A DNA stretch of 64,000 bases from positions 2,080,001-2,144,000 of the forward strand of contig OZ244561.1 of NCBI GenBank assembly GCA_965217585.1, read 5' to 3'. Positions 27,731-37,719 of this stretch are shown here, piece after piece; positions within the stretch are counted from its first letter, which is position 1; each line of letters opens with the position of its first letter. The notes under the pieces were generated by a model. That model was not told the origin of the DNA. It made no database searches and saw only the letters and a list, made by a program, of their open reading frames with translations. The position numbers and the translations under genes were made by a program. The DNA comes from Candidatus Latescibacterota bacterium (lineage in GTDB: Bacteria > Latescibacterota > UBA2968 > UBA8231).

Positions 27731-28714
27731 TCAAGAGGGTACTTCGACTAGGCTTCCCGATTCGGCGGCCTGCTTTAGCGCCTGTAGCGCAGCCACGTTC
27801 TTGAGGCCGTCTGCGGGGGGAAATTCGGGAGCCTTGCCTTGGAGAATGCAGCTAGAAAAGCGCTCTAACTGCACTTGAAAGCGATCTGGCCCGGAGAAGG
27901 TCTCCACGCGCTCGTCATTGCCGATGGCGATGTGCACCGCTGCCTGCTCGTCGAACATGTTGGGCACGCGGATTGCGCCGTGGCTGCCGACGACCTCCAA
28001 CACGCAGCGGAACGGCTCTTCCATGCCGGTCGCGATATAGGCGACGTGGTCGCCGGGGAAGCGCAATAGACCGGCCAAGGTCGAATCCACGCCGTTGCGC
28101 ACGTGCTGAAAAGCCTGCGCGGCCACGGGTTCGGCATTGAGCACAAAGCGCACCGCGCTGACGCAGTAGCACCCGGCGTCTAAGAGCGCGCCTCCGCCCA
28201 ATTCGGCCTTGGCTCGGACGTCGGTGGCCCAATCGCGGATGCCGAAGGTCAGCTCGGCCCGCGCCAACTTCACCTCGCCGATCTCCCCCTGCTGCACCAG
28301 CCGACGCGCGCACTGCAATTGCGGGTTGAGGCGGTGGGTGAAAGCCTCGACTAAGAGCACCCCGTTGGCTTGGGCGGCGTCGATCATCTGCCGCGCTTGC
28401 GCCACAGTAACGGCGAGCGGTTTTTCGCAGAGGATGTGCTTGCCGGCCTGCGCCGCCTTGATTGTCCACTCGCAGTGCATGCTATTGGGCAAGGGATTGA
28501 TGATCGCGTCGATTTCGGGATCGTCCAGCACAGCTTGGTACGAGCCGTAGACCTTGGCAATGCCGTATTGGGCCGCGCTTGCTTCGGCCTTGGCTTGGTC
28601 CCTGCTCGATATGGCCGCGATCTCGGCATTGCCTATAGCCTGCGCGGCCGGCAGGTGGCGGTTGAGGGCGATCTGGGCGGTGCCCAATACTCCATAGCGC
28701 ACAATATCAGTCAT
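27731..28714 (-). CDS. Gfo/Idh/MocA family oxidoreductase
   Basis: GVLGTAQIA, PLPNSMH, GKHILCEKP and GGGALLDAGCY. Confidence 0.93.
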   Translation of the reverse strand: MTDIVRYGVLGTAQIALNRHLPAAQAIGNAEIAAISSRDQAKAEASAAQYGIAKVYGSYQAVLDDPEIDAIINPLPNSMHCEWTIKAAQAGKHILCEKPLAVTVAQARQMIDAAQANGVLLVEAFTHRLNPQLQCARRLVQQGEIGEVKLARAELTFGIRDWATDVRAKAELGGGALLDAGCYCVSAVRFVLNAEPVAAQAFQHVRNGVDSTLAGLLRFPGDHVAYIATGMEEPFRCVLEVVGSHGAIRVPNMFDEQAAVHIAIGNDERVETFSGPDRFQVQLERFSSCILQGKAPEFPPADGLKNVAALQALKQAAESGSLVEVPS

Positions 28715-28730
28715 GGGGTCTCCTGTACAA

Positions 28731-29945
28731 TCAGAGAATGACGCCCTGTGTGCGCAGCGCGGAGATTTCGGCCTCCGCGTACCCGGCCTCGCGCAGCACA
28801 GCCTCGGTATGTTCCCCGGCTAGGGGGGCGGGTGTCGGCGCTGGGGCTGGCGTCCCCGCTAGCCGCAGGGGCGTGCCGACGTGGTGCATAGCACCCACCT
28901 GCGGATGCTGGACTTCGACTAGCATCTCGTTGACGGCGAGCTGAGGGTCTGCTAGGGCCTCGGCTGTCGAGCGCACCGGTGCCACGAGGATGTCCTTGGC
29001 CTCCAGCAGCGGAATCCACTCGGCGCTCGTTTTCTCTGCGAAGATCGGCACCAGCCGTTCCCGCAGGGCCTCGCGGTGATCCACAGCTGCGGCGAGCGTG
29101 GCAAAGCGCGGGTCCCCGACGAGCCCTTCAATAGCTAGGGCTTCCTGCAAATCGCGCAATAGTTGGTCAAAGGGGCGGAAAAGCGCGGTGACCATCAAGA
29201 AGCCATCGGCCGTTTTGAACACCGCTCCGTCGAGCGGGTTGCCGCGCGGATGAGTCGCCCCTCCCGAGCCATCGTCTTCCCCGTCGTCGCCCAAGTTGAG
29301 GATTTTGGTCGTCGCCCAAGCCTGCATACTGATCATGCCGTCGAGGAGCGAGGTTTCCACATATTGCCCGGTGCCGGTGCGCTCGCGGGCCAAAAGCGCG
29401 AGGAGAATGCCCTGCGCCAGCAACATGCCGCCATTGAAGTCGGCCACCGTATAGGGCAGGCGCTGGGGCGTGCCGTGGGGGCCGACGAAGCGAGCCGCCA
29501 CGCCGCTCAGCGCTTGGGCCATGGACTCGTGGCCGCCCTTGTTGCGCTCGCTGTACGGGCCTTGCGAGCCATAGCCCGAGCCAACGGCGTAGATGAGCCG
29601 GGGGTATTCTTCCCGCAGTGCAGCGTAATCCAGCCCCAGCTTGGCCATGACGGCACCGGAGCGGAAGTTGTGCACCAGTGCATCCGTGTTTTCTAGCAGG
29701 CGATGGACGATCTGACGCCCAGCGGACTTCTTGAGATCGACGATTAGGCTTTTCTTGGAGCGGTTAAAGCTCGCAAAAGGCAGGCTTTGCTCCTTTATCC
29801 ACGGCCCAAAGGCGCGAGCTAGGTCGCCGCCGGGTCGCTCTATCTTGATGACTTCGGCACCGTGGTCGGCCAAAACTTGGGTGGCGGCTGGGCCGAAAAT
29901 CACTTGGGTAAAGTCGAGGACGCGGATGCCGTCGAGTGCGGGCAT
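28731..29945 (-). CDS. Family III CoA-transferase (CaiB/BaiF)
   Basis: LDGIRVLDF..GP, GAEVIKIERP, NRSKKS, GYGSQGPY, catalytic AD and PLAGEHT. Confidence 0.93.
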   Translation of the reverse strand: MPALDGIRVLDFTQVIFGPAATQVLADHGAEVIKIERPGGDLARAFGPWIKEQSLPFASFNRSKKSLIVDLKKSAGRQIVHRLLENTDALVHNFRSGAVMAKLGLDYAALREEYPRLIYAVGSGYGSQGPYSERNKGGHESMAQALSGVAARFVGPHGTPQRLPYTVADFNGGMLLAQGILLALLARERTGTGQYVETSLLDGMISMQAWATTKILNLGDDGEDDGSGGATHPRGNPLDGAVFKTADGFLMVTALFRPFDQLLRDLQEALAIEGLVGDPRFATLAAAVDHREALRERLVPIFAEKTSAEWIPLLEAKDILVAPVRSTAEALADPQLAVNEMLVEVQHPQVGAMHHVGTPLRLAGTPAPAPTPAPLAGEHTEAVLREAGYAEAEISALRTQGVIL

Positions 29946-30001
29946 GGGAGTACTCCAAGAATCGTTTGATCTGCGTTTTTCTTTGTTCAATTCCACGCAC
30001 C

Positions 30002-30421
30002 TCATGCCGATGGATGCGAAAAGTACACATGCAGGAATTCTTTTGGACTGAGCACTTGGCAGTTGCCTCGCTTTTCTAAAGGATAATGGTTTGCATTGCC
30101 CGTCACCAAGGGCCCCTCTGCCGATAGGGCTACTTCCAAAAACGGCGCGTCATCTAAATCCGGCAGGCAGCGTACGACGAAGCGACTGGCAATGTGTAGG
30201 GCGTTATTATCGAGATAGTCCAGTATGACTTCTCGGTCCTGTTCGGAGAAGTACGCACGGAAAGCGTCGCGACGCAAAACGTCGTGGTATTCGGCCAAGA
30301 TGCGGTCGTCCACCACGACTTGCAACGCATCTCCCTGCAACAAGTCAACGATCCGCCCGGGATAGCCGTGGGGGTTGATTAGCCCGGATACCAGAACGTT
30401 GGTATCAACGACGGCCTTCAC
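30002..30421 (-). CDS. PIN-domain toxin (PIN_3 type)
   Basis: VVDTNVLVSG, ILAEY, PDLDDAPFLEVA and LVTGN; overlaps the upstream antitoxin. Confidence 0.9.
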   Translation of the reverse strand: MKAVVDTNVLVSGLINPHGYPGRIVDLLQGDALQVVVDDRILAEYHDVLRRDAFRAYFSEQDREVILDYLDNNALHIASRFVVRCLPDLDDAPFLEVALSAEGPLVTGNANHYPLEKRGNCQVLSPKEFLHVYFSHPSA

Positions 30422-30698
30422 GAAGGCCGCGTTCTTTCCTGCTCTGGTCAATTTCTGCTGCAATCGCCGCATCGTCGAGCATCCCCGCCGTCTCGGCCCG
30501 CTTTCGCACCCGGCTCACGGCGGCTGCAAAGAGCGTCCGACGAATCTCGCGCAGCGACTCTTCTAAGGTCTCTGGGGAGACGCTGATCATCAAGGCCGAG
30601 GGCTTGCCATCCTTGGTAATGACCAATTCTCGCTCGCTGGCCAGCTTTTCCCAGAGTTCCCTAGTCTTTTTGAGGTCTTTTACGGCAAGATAGTCCAT
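30405..30698 (-). CDS. Phd/YefM-type antitoxin
   Basis: AVKDLKK..LWEKL..ELVITKDGKPSALMI; lies directly upstream of the PIN toxin. Confidence 0.85.
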   Translation of the reverse strand: MDYLAVKDLKKTRELWEKLASERELVITKDGKPSALMISVSPETLEESLREIRRTLFAAAVSRVRKRAETAGMLDDAAIAAEIDQSRKERGLREGRR

Positions 30699-30724
30699 AT
30701 ATATCTCCTTTTCATCTCTTTTTT

Positions 30725-30753
30725 ATAATATATCTATATAACGTACGGCACAA
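30725..30753 (-). promoter_or_regulatory. Sigma70-type promoter of the Phd-PIN operon
   Basis: Minus strand TTGTGC-N17-TATTAT, followed by an AAGGAG RBS. Confidence 0.6.
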
Positions 30754-30843
30754 GAGGCCCATCCATCCCGGCCTACACTATTCGATTTTGGTCGGGCTAT
30801 CTGAACTATTGTCAAACGAGATATGCTCTTTAACTTTGTAACC

Positions 30844-31677
30844 ATGACCCAGCCCCGCGCCCAAGCCGTCCTCACCCCCGAAGACCAAGCCTTCTTTGAA
30901 CAGCAGGGCTATCTCCTCGTCGAAGACGCCCTATCGCCCGACGCGCTCGCCGAACTCAACGCGGCCACCGACGCGCTCTACACACGCGACGCCGACGCCG
31001 GCTGGCTCGAAAAGGGCGGCAAGCTCAATATGCGCAACTGCATCGTCGAGCATCCCGCCTTCCTCCAACTCCTCGACTGGCCCGCCACGGTTCCGCTGGC
31101 TTGGCAGCTCCTCGGCTGGAATATCCAGATGCTCACTTCGCACTTGATCGTCCTGCCTTCGGGCGACGAGCCGGCTGAAGACGAAAAAAACAAGCTCGGC
31201 TGGCATCGCGATGGCGGCACCTCGCCCCGTGAGATGAGCGAGCCGCACCCGCGGATTTTACTCAAGATCGCCTATGCCCTCAGCGACCAGACCGCCCCGG
31301 CCTCGGGGGCTACCTGGATAGTTCCTGGCTCCAACCGCCTGCTCGGACGCCCGGCCACGGACCCTAAGACCGGTCTGCCATACGGCGCACAGGCGATGAA
31401 TATCCGCGCTGGCTCGGCCTTCTTGTTTGAGCAGCGCACCTATCATTCTATCGGCCACAACTGGGCAGGCTTTCCGCGCAAGACCGTGTTCTTTGGCTAC
31501 GGTTATCGCTGGGTCAAACCCATGGACTATATCGCCATGCCCGACGAACTCGTCGCCCGCTGCAATCCGATCCAAAAACAGCTCATCGGCGTCGTCGGAG
31601 ATCCCCTGAGCTACTACTTGCCCCGGGACGAAGACGTGCCGCTCAAGGCGCTCGTCGAAACGGAAGCGAACCAATAG
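30844..31677 (+). CDS. PhyH family dioxygenase
   Basis: FFEQQGYL, GWHRDGG, GATWIVPGSN and TYHS..R. Confidence 0.9.
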   Translation: MTQPRAQAVLTPEDQAFFEQQGYLLVEDALSPDALAELNAATDALYTRDADAGWLEKGGKLNMRNCIVEHPAFLQLLDWPATVPLAWQLLGWNIQMLTSHLIVLPSGDEPAEDEKNKLGWHRDGGTSPREMSEPHPRILLKIAYALSDQTAPASGATWIVPGSNRLLGRPATDPKTGLPYGAQAMNIRAGSAFLFEQRTYHSIGHNWAGFPRKTVFFGYGYRWVKPMDYIAMPDELVARCNPIQKQLIGVVGDPLSYYLPRDEDVPLKALVETEANQ

Positions 31678-31686
31678 AGGAGTACT

Positions 31687-32451
31687 ATGGATATCGCACG
31701 CGCATTGGATGCCTTGGGTGCCCACCAAGGCGTGTTGACCGAGCAGAACAGAAACGACCTCGACGAGAAGGGCTACACCGTACTGCCGGGCATTATCGAC
31801 GACGAGTGGCTCGCGGCACTGCGCACCCGCTTCGAGGAGCTGTGCGAGAAAGAAGGGGTCCACGCCGGTATTGAAGTCCATCAGGAGCAGGGCACTCGCC
31901 GCCTCTCCGACCTCTGCAACAAGGGGCCGGTCTTCGACCGCGTCTATACCTATCCCAAGGTGCTGGCCGCTATCCACCACGTCATCGGCCGCCCCTTCAA
32001 GCTCTCCTCGCTCAACGCCCGCGACGCCCTGCCCGGCGAGGGGTTACAGGGGTTACACGCCGACTGGGGGGCAGACTACGACGGCCAGTTTCACGTCTGC
32101 AATTCGGTCTGGCTACTGGACGACTTCAGCGAGGAAAACGGCTGCACTCGGCTGGTGCCCGGCTCGCATAAAGGCCAGCACCCGAGCAAAGTCCTGAAAG
32201 ACGCGCAAGCACCCCATCCCGATGAAGAGCTGCTCATCGCCCCGGCCGGCACGGTTGCCGTCTTCAACAGCCACACTTGGCACGGCGGCACCCGCAACCA
32301 GAGCAAGGATCTGCCGCGCCGCGCCATGCACTGCTACTTCACTGCCCGCGAGCACGGCCAGCAGCTCAACCAGCGCGAGTATCTGCGCTACGAGACTTGG
32401 AAGCGCATCTCGCCAGGGGCGCGCTATATCCTCGATGTGGATGTGGATTAG
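31687..32451 (+). CDS. PhyH family dioxygenase
   Basis: LHADW, WLLDDFSEENGCTRLVPGSH and WHGGTRN..RR; GAGGAG RBS. Confidence 0.9.
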   Translation: MDIARALDALGAHQGVLTEQNRNDLDEKGYTVLPGIIDDEWLAALRTRFEELCEKEGVHAGIEVHQEQGTRRLSDLCNKGPVFDRVYTYPKVLAAIHHVIGRPFKLSSLNARDALPGEGLQGLHADWGADYDGQFHVCNSVWLLDDFSEENGCTRLVPGSHKGQHPSKVLKDAQAPHPDEELLIAPAGTVAVFNSHTWHGGTRNQSKDLPRRAMHCYFTAREHGQQLNQREYLRYETWKRISPGARYILDVDVD

Positions 32452-32588
32452 TTTGCGGCCACCTGCCTAAATCGCTCGACTAAACCCGCTTACTTCGACA
32501 GACGGCTGGGACGCATCGATTGCTCCCGTGGTGTTCACATCCATCTCGATTCTGCGTAGATTGACTCCCATTCCCTAGGAGGTGGTAA

Positions 32589-33005
32589 ATGAAGCTCTCA
32601 CATCCGGTCGTTGACCTGTGCATAGTGTGCAGCAACTTTGAAGAATCGTTGAAGTTCTATCGGGATACATTGGGATTCGAGGTGGTGCTCGACATCGACA
32701 TCCCCGAAGACCTAGCGACGGGGATCGGGCTGGCACCGCAAGGCTTCAGACAGGTGCGCCTGCAGGCGGGAGAGACGCTGATCAAGCTGATGGAGATCGC
32801 CGCGCCGCCGCCACAGCGAACTTCCCAATTTGCCGCTGGGGTACGCTGGCTCACCTTCTTCGTTGCCGACGTGAAGGCGGAGTGCGCCGCATTGCAGGCC
32901 AAAGGCGTGGAATTCCTGTCCGAGCCTATGGCCGCCCCAGATACGCCGGGCGTCGTCTGTACCCTGGACCCCGACGGGATCCTCATCGAACTCGTTCAGC
33001 GATGA
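32589..33005 (+). CDS. VOC (glyoxalase-like) family protein
   Basis: SLKFYRDTLGF, LQAKGVEF and DPDGILIELVQ; AGGAGG RBS. Confidence 0.9.
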   Translation: MKLSHPVVDLCIVCSNFEESLKFYRDTLGFEVVLDIDIPEDLATGIGLAPQGFRQVRLQAGETLIKLMEIAAPPPQRTSQFAAGVRWLTFFVADVKAECAALQAKGVEFLSEPMAAPDTPGVVCTLDPDGILIELVQR

Positions 33006-34138
33006 AGATAGCAGACATTCGCACAATACCCCTGGTGGGAGCCACGCCCGACGGTGGATGGGAGCAGGGGTACGACCCCGGCGATAACCTGCACACGCTC
33101 TTGGAGATCGTCACCGACGAAGGGGTTACCGGTCTGGGTTCCGTCTTTACCTCCGCCCGCCTAGTGTCGGGGTCGCTCGCGCTGCTGCGCCCCATGCTGA
33201 TTGGCGAGTCCATCGAGCCGGCGCGGGTCGCCGAGAAGCTGCATCAGGCCACCTTCTGGCAGGGCCGGGGCGGTGCCGTCACCCACGCCATTTCCGGCAT
33301 CGACATTGCCTTGTGGGACCTCTTTGGCAAGATCACATCCCAGCCCATTTCGCGCCTGTTGGGCGGGCGCTATCGGGAGCGCATCAAGCCGTATGGATCG
33401 CTCATCATGGCCGAGCCCGACGAATTGATGCCGAGGCTTCAAGCCGCGGTGGACAGGGGATTTCGCGCGATCAAGATGGGCTGGGGACCGTTCGGTCGCG
33501 TGTCGAGAACGCTCGACGAAAACATCGTCAGTACCGCCCGTGAGACCGTCGGCCCGGATGTCGAGCTGATGGTCGATGCGGGGGGCTCCGATCAGTACTG
33601 GCCGCACGGCTACAAATGGGCGATCGAAACCGCCCGCATGCTCGCCAGCTATGATGTCGCTTGGTTCGAGGAAGCCCTGCGTCCCGACGATATCGAAGGG
33701 TACATCAAACTCACTGAGCACGCTCCCCTGCCGATTACGGGCTGCGAGGTGTTGACGCGCCGGCAGTCCTTCCTCCCCTGGATCGAGCGCCGAGCGGTTG
33801 ACTACATCCAACCCGACGTCACCAAGGTCGGCGGCCTCACCGAGGAGTTTCGCATTGCGATGTACGCCTACGACCACTCGGTGCTCTTCGTTCCGCACGG
33901 CTGGAATACCGCCGTCGGACTGGCGGCCGACCTTCAGCTAGTGGCGGCCGTGCCGACCGCCCGTTGGGTAGAATACATCACCCCGTCCCCCTATATTGAG
34001 GACCTCGTCAGCGCGCCCTTTTCTCTCGACGAGGAAGGCTTCCTGACCATCTCCGACCAGCCTGGTTTGGGTGTTACTTGGAATGACGAAGGGATTGAAA
34101 AGCACTCGGGGATGAGGCTCACGCCTTCAGCTTTGTAG
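33002..34138 (+). CDS. Mandelate racemase/muconate lactonizing enzyme family protein
   Basis: TDEGVTGLG, AISGIDIALWD, KMGW, MVDAG, WFEE, GCE, QPDVTKVGG and PHGWN; ATGA overlap. Confidence 0.92.
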   Translation: MKIADIRTIPLVGATPDGGWEQGYDPGDNLHTLLEIVTDEGVTGLGSVFTSARLVSGSLALLRPMLIGESIEPARVAEKLHQATFWQGRGGAVTHAISGIDIALWDLFGKITSQPISRLLGGRYRERIKPYGSLIMAEPDELMPRLQAAVDRGFRAIKMGWGPFGRVSRTLDENIVSTARETVGPDVELMVDAGGSDQYWPHGYKWAIETARMLASYDVAWFEEALRPDDIEGYIKLTEHAPLPITGCEVLTRRQSFLPWIERRAVDYIQPDVTKVGGLTEEFRIAMYAYDHSVLFVPHGWNTAVGLAADLQLVAAVPTARWVEYITPSPYIEDLVSAPFSLDEEGFLTISDQPGLGVTWNDEGIEKHSGMRLTPSAL

Positions 34139-34156
34139 CGGTGCGATAAAGAGCAA

Positions 34157-34924
34157 ATGGGCATCCTCGACCGCTTTTCCCTCCTCGACCGCAAGGCACT
34201 AGTCACCGGCGGTGGCTCTGGCATTGGGCAGGCCCTCGCCGTCGCCCTCGCCGAGGCGGGTGCGGACGTGGCCATTGCCGACATCAACGCCGCTGGCACT
34301 GCTGACACCTGTGCTCGGATCGAAAACCTCGGTCGCCAGACGCTAGCTATCGCCGCAGATGTCACCGCCAAGGACCAAGTCGAAAACATGGTCGATACCG
34401 TCCTCGCCGCTTGGGGTCGGCTGGACATCGGCGTCAATAGCGCCGGCATTGCCTTGCGCGGCCCCATCGAGGACATCAGCGAGGCCGATTGGGACCGGGT
34501 CCTCGACCTCGACCTCAAGGCCGTTTTCCTCTGCTGTCAGGCCGAGGGCCGCGCCATGCTGCAACGAGGCTCCGGCTCGATCATCAACGTCGTCTCGATC
34601 TCGTCCCACACCGTCAATCGCCCCCAACAGCACGGCCATTACAACGCCGCCAAGGCAGGTGCCTACCAGCTAACTAGAGTATGCGCCGCAGAATGGGCCG
34701 CGCGCGGCGTCCGCGTCAATTCCATCAGCCCCGGCCACACGCTCACCCCCATGACCGCTCACGCCGCAGACGACATGAAAAACGCTTGGCTCGCCAATAC
34801 CCCGATGGGCCGTCTAGGCGTCCCTGCCGACTACCAAGGGGCCGTCGTCTTCCTCGCTTCGGACGCCTCTGCTTACGCGACCGGCCACGACTTGGTCGTC
34901 GATGGCGGGTACACGCTCTGGTAA
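34157..34924 (+). CDS. Short-chain dehydrogenase (sugar/polyol reductase-like)
   Basis: TGGGSGIG, NSAG, YNAAK, RVNSISPG and VDGGY. Confidence 0.93.
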   Translation: MGILDRFSLLDRKALVTGGGSGIGQALAVALAEAGADVAIADINAAGTADTCARIENLGRQTLAIAADVTAKDQVENMVDTVLAAWGRLDIGVNSAGIALRGPIEDISEADWDRVLDLDLKAVFLCCQAEGRAMLQRGSGSIINVVSISSHTVNRPQQHGHYNAAKAGAYQLTRVCAAEWAARGVRVNSISPGHTLTPMTAHAADDMKNAWLANTPMGRLGVPADYQGAVVFLASDASAYATGHDLVVDGGYTLW

Positions 34925-34926
34925 GG

Positions 34927-36240
34927 CTAGTCGTAGTATTCGTGCCCCAAGTGGGTAATCAGGTCTTCGTCCTGCAAGAAGCGTAGCGTGTTCTTGAGCT
35001 TCATTAGCTGAATAAAAAGATCGTGCTCGGGGTAGAGGTCGGGCGCAGTCATCGGGCTTTTGAAGTAAAAAGAGAGCCACTCTTGAATCCCCGCCATCTG
35101 CGCTCGCTGCGCCAAGTCGGTAAACAGCACCAAGTCCAAGACCAGCGGCGCGGCGAGGATCGAATCGCGGCAGAGGAAATCGACCTTGATCTGCATGGGC
35201 ATGCCCAGCCAGCCGAAGATGTCGATGTTGTCCCAACCCTCTTTCTCGTCGCCGCGCGGAGGATAGTAGTTGATCCGCACTTTGTGGTAAATATCGCCGT
35301 AGAGCTGGGGGTAGAGGCTGGGCTGCAGGATGAACTCCAGCACGTCGAGCTTGCTGACTTCCTTGGTCTTGAACGAATCGGGATCGTCGAGCACCTCGCC
35401 GTCGCGATTGCCCAAGATGTTGGTCGAAAACCAGCCCCGCACGCCGAGCATCCGCGCCTTGAGGCCAGGGGCTAGCAGGGTCTTCATCAGGGTCTGGCCG
35501 GTCTTGAAGTCCTTGCCGCCGATGGGGACGCCCTTTTGCCGCGCCAATTCGACCATGGCCGGGATATCCACAGTCAAGTTCGGTGCGCCGTTTAGGAAGG
35601 GCACACCTTCCTGTAGCGCGGCGTAGGCGTAGATCATGCTCGGGGGAATGGCCGGGTGGTTTTCCCGGATGGCTTTTTCGAGGCTCTCGATCTCGTTGTG
35701 TACTTCGTGGTGCTCCATGAAAATCTCCGTGCTGCCGCACCAGATCATCACCAGCCGCTCGACGCGGTTGTCGGCCTTGAAGCGCTGGATATCTTCGCGC
35801 ACTTCCAGCACGGCATCCCACTTGCTCTTGGCGCTTTTGACGTTAGAGCCTTCGAGGCGGCGCACGTAGTTGCGGTCGAAAACTGCGGGCATCGGCTTGA
35901 CGGCTTTGAGCGGATCCACTAGCTGGTCGAGCAGCGTCTTGTCCAAGACACCGGCGTGGATGGCCGAATCATAGGCATCCTCTGGAAAGACATCCCAGCC
36001 GCCGAAGACCAGGCTGTCGATGCCGGCCAGAGGCACGAAGTCCTTGATGAGCGGCGAGCGTCCTTCGGTGCGCTTGCCTAGGCGGATGGTGCCCATCTGG
36101 GTCAGCGAGCCAATGGGCTGGCCGATGCCGGCTTTGATGGCTTCGACGCCGGCGATAACCGTGGTGGCCACCGCGCCCATGCCGGGGATTAGGACGCCGA
36201 GTTTGCCTGTGGCCGGGGCGATGGATGTGGGTTGGTTCAC
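34927..36240 (-). CDS. ino1: myo-inositol-1-phosphate synthase
   Basis: GMGAVAT, WCGSTE, FLNGAPN, GKDFKTGQT, NILGNRDG and CRDSILAAPLVLDL. Confidence 0.95.
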   Translation of the reverse strand: MNQPTSIAPATGKLGVLIPGMGAVATTVIAGVEAIKAGIGQPIGSLTQMGTIRLGKRTEGRSPLIKDFVPLAGIDSLVFGGWDVFPEDAYDSAIHAGVLDKTLLDQLVDPLKAVKPMPAVFDRNYVRRLEGSNVKSAKSKWDAVLEVREDIQRFKADNRVERLVMIWCGSTEIFMEHHEVHNEIESLEKAIRENHPAIPPSMIYAYAALQEGVPFLNGAPNLTVDIPAMVELARQKGVPIGGKDFKTGQTLMKTLLAPGLKARMLGVRGWFSTNILGNRDGEVLDDPDSFKTKEVSKLDVLEFILQPSLYPQLYGDIYHKVRINYYPPRGDEKEGWDNIDIFGWLGMPMQIKVDFLCRDSILAAPLVLDLVLFTDLAQRAQMAGIQEWLSFYFKSPMTAPDLYPEHDLFIQLMKLKNTLRFLQDEDLITHLGHEYYD

Positions 36241-36409
36241 GAGTGCCTCCTTTTGTATTGAAGAATGGTGTCGTTCGCCGCCAGCTAAAATTAGAGGGTT
36301 CTATCCATTGGGCAAATTGATTATTGCTATATAATTAATAGAAAAAATTAATATATCTTGTATGGTAACGGGAGCGGACCAGTCCAGCGAAAGCGCAGAA
36401 GGGCGAGAA

Positions 36410-37405
36410 TTAGGCGGCGAGGCGTTCTGGATCGGTGTCGCGCAGTTCCGCAAGGCGCGCCAACAAGGGGGTTAGCTCCTTGTAGCTGGCCAGTTCGGCT
36501 CTGAGCTGCGCCGCGCCGCGCAGACCGCGAAAGTACCCGGCGTAGTGACGTCGCATGCCGACCAGCGCCTCCTGCGGGCCGCCGTGCTCAACGGCCAGCC
36601 GCAGGTGCTTGAGGCACAGCTCGGCGCGCTCCTGCCAGCTTGGTTCGGGCAAGAGCGCACCTGTCTTTAGGTAGTGCTGGGATTCGCGGAAAATCCACGG
36701 ATGGCGGATGGCGCCGCGGCCGATCATCACCCCGTCGCACCCCGTGCTGTCGAAGGCGTGTTTGACCGTCTGCGGCGAGGTCAGGTCGCCGTTGAGAATG
36801 ATCGGCATCGAGATCGCCGCCTTGACCTTGGGTATCCACTCGTAGTCCACCGCGCCCTTGTGGCCTTGGGCTCGGGTGCGGCAGTGAATGGCCAGCGCCT
36901 GCACGCCCAGATCCTCGAGCATCTGGGCTACCTCGACGATGCGGATGCTCTGCTGGTCCCAGCCGAGGCGCGTCTTCACGGTCACCGGCAGATGCGTTGC
37001 GCCAATGACGCGCGAGACGACCTCCTTCATCTGCGGCAAGTCGCGCAAAAGCCCGGCCCCGGCCCCGCGCAACGCCACATTGCTCACCCAGCAGCCGCAG
37101 TTGATGTCGATGAAGTCTGGATTCTGCGCACTGGCGATCTCGGTGGCTTGCTCCATAGACAGCGAGGCCGCGCCGTAGAGCTGGATCGCCAAGGGCCGTT
37201 CAGCTTCTGAGAAGCGCAGCTTGCGAAAAGCGCGGCGCGGCCCGTTGGGATCTTCGCGCAACAGCCCCTCGGCATTGACGAATTCAGTGTACGCGATATC
37301 GGCACCCAGTTCCCTGCAAATCAGGCGGAAGGGTAGCTGTGAGACATCCTCCATGGGCGCTAGCAGGATGCCGGGATCAGCGGTTATTGGGCCGATGCGG
37401 AACAT
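36410..37405 (-). CDS. dusB: tRNA-dihydrouridine synthase DusB family
   Basis: LAPMEDV, IDINCGC, TVKTRLGW, HCRTR, NGD and GVMIGRGA..PWIF; TAATG coupling. Confidence 0.92.
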   Translation of the reverse strand: MFRIGPITADPGILLAPMEDVSQLPFRLICRELGADIAYTEFVNAEGLLREDPNGPRRAFRKLRFSEAERPLAIQLYGAASLSMEQATEIASAQNPDFIDINCGCWVSNVALRGAGAGLLRDLPQMKEVVSRVIGATHLPVTVKTRLGWDQQSIRIVEVAQMLEDLGVQALAIHCRTRAQGHKGAVDYEWIPKVKAAISMPIILNGDLTSPQTVKHAFDSTGCDGVMIGRGAIRHPWIFRESQHYLKTGALLPEPSWQERAELCLKHLRLAVEHGGPQEALVGMRRHYAGYFRGLRGAAQLRAELASYKELTPLLARLAELRDTDPERLAA

Positions 37406-37719
37406 TATTTTAGGGTCGAATAGGGCAATGCTTTCATCACTCGCACCTCCCGCCGGCGGATTAGCGGGCGGATCTGATCGACGATCTTGGCCCATTCCGG
37501 GCTGGCGTAATACGCGTCGATAGCCTTGTCGCGGGCCTTGGCGTTGGGGAAGGCGCGAATCCAGATGAACTCATCGTCGCGGTCGGGATTTTCCCACGCG
37601 GCGACAAACGTCACGCCGTACTTGGACATAAAGCGGCGCGCCTTGGTAAAGCCGGCGAGGAATTTCTTCTTGTTGTCGGCTCCCTTATGGAAGCGGTAGA
37701 TGCGCAATTCGTAGATCAT
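37405..37719 (-). CDS. NIPSNAP family protein
   Basis: MIYELRIY, FIWIRAF..RDK..YYASPEW and LPYS; AAGGAGG RBS, ATGA overlap. Confidence 0.85.
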   Translation of the reverse strand: MIYELRIYRFHKGADNKKKFLAGFTKARRFMSKYGVTFVAAWENPDRDDEFIWIRAFPNAKARDKAIDAYYASPEWAKIVDQIRPLIRRREVRVMKALPYSTLK

